This document shows, one piece after another, positions 17,208 through 17,501 of a DNA stretch of 17,501 nt (positions are counted from its first letter, which is position 1; every line of letters begins with the position of its first letter). Both the position numbers and the translations under genes were made by a program. The notes under the pieces are model-generated. The model was not told the origin of the DNA and searched no databases. It saw nothing but the letters and a program-made list of their open reading frames with translations. This stretch comes from a bacterium (lineage in GTDB: Bacteria; Muiribacteriota; UBA6191): contig JAYZAC010000010.1 of assembly GCA_036339875.1 (NCBI GenBank), forward strand, positions 1 through 17,501, given 5' to 3'.

Positions 17208-17422
17208 AGGTGTCTTCGAATACTCAAATTTTTATCTATCTGTTTTGATTTAGGATAATCATCACATAAGAACTTTTTGTTATTCATAGAACACAGATAA
17301 AATACTTTTGCTCTAAATCCTAGTCCTTTAAGTCCTAATAGAAGAGTATATCCAAGAAAACATAAGCCCAAGATCGAAACTTCTTTATACTTGAGCAATC
17401 TCTCTTTGAGATTTAACTTCAC
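17204..17422 (-). pseudogene. Probable truncated nucleotide-sugar dehydrogenase (Rossmann N-terminal fragment)
   Basis: VSILGLCFLGYTL...GF resembles the GLGYVG dinucleotide-binding start of UDP-sugar dehydrogenases, with TGT in place of GGT. Only 72 aa; GTGA-coupled to the upstream gene. Confidence 0.45.
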
Positions 17423-17501
17423 AACTTCTCTCCAAAGTTTTCAATGACACGGCTAATATATTTAACATCATCGACAGTTAAACCTGGATCCATAGGCAAT
17501 G
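17419..17501 (-). CDS. C-terminus of a DegT/DnrJ/EryC1/StrS-family sugar aminotransferase (partial)
   Basis: Manual translation gives LPMDPGLTVDDVKYISRVIENFGEKL* (stop 17421-17419), matching the family's LSLPxxPxLTxxxVxxV C-terminal signature. Consistent with the sugar-locus context. Confidence 0.75.
   Translation of the reverse strand, partial: LPMDPGLTVDDVKYISRVIENFGEKL

Noticed and set aside
1..17501. CRISPR arrays, tRNA/rRNA genes, IS elements
   Set aside because: The window is almost fully coding, the longest spacer is about 113 bp, and no repeat arrays, cloverleafs or transposase motifs were noticed by eye.

Overview
AT-rich bacterial chromosomal segment with two parts. (1) Positions 1-6287 (minus strand) hold the start of a dcw cell-wall/division cluster in a non-canonical layout: ftsL-like, rsmH, ftsI, a murE-murF gene fusion, then mraY (partial). 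No mraZ is present; yjbQ lies upstream. (2) Positions 6835-17501 are a surface-glycan/nucleotide-sugar region: a WcaJ-type phosphoglycosyltransferase, an RmlD-like reductase, a GT2, a radical SAM/Twitch-SPASM protein coupled to a PIG-L deacetylase, a sugar-phosphate nucleotidyltransferase, the 3' end of a DegT-type aminotransferase and two short gene remnants. The most unusual content is three apparent pseudo-enzymes: a DnaB-like RecA-fold protein that has lost Walker A and the arginine finger yet keeps strong expression signals, and two tandem paralogues that look like cytidylyltransferase-like + Cys-less radical SAM + degenerate SPASM fusions. No tRNA, rRNA, CRISPR array or mobile element was recognised. 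All calls come from motif recognition by eye; no database searches were run.
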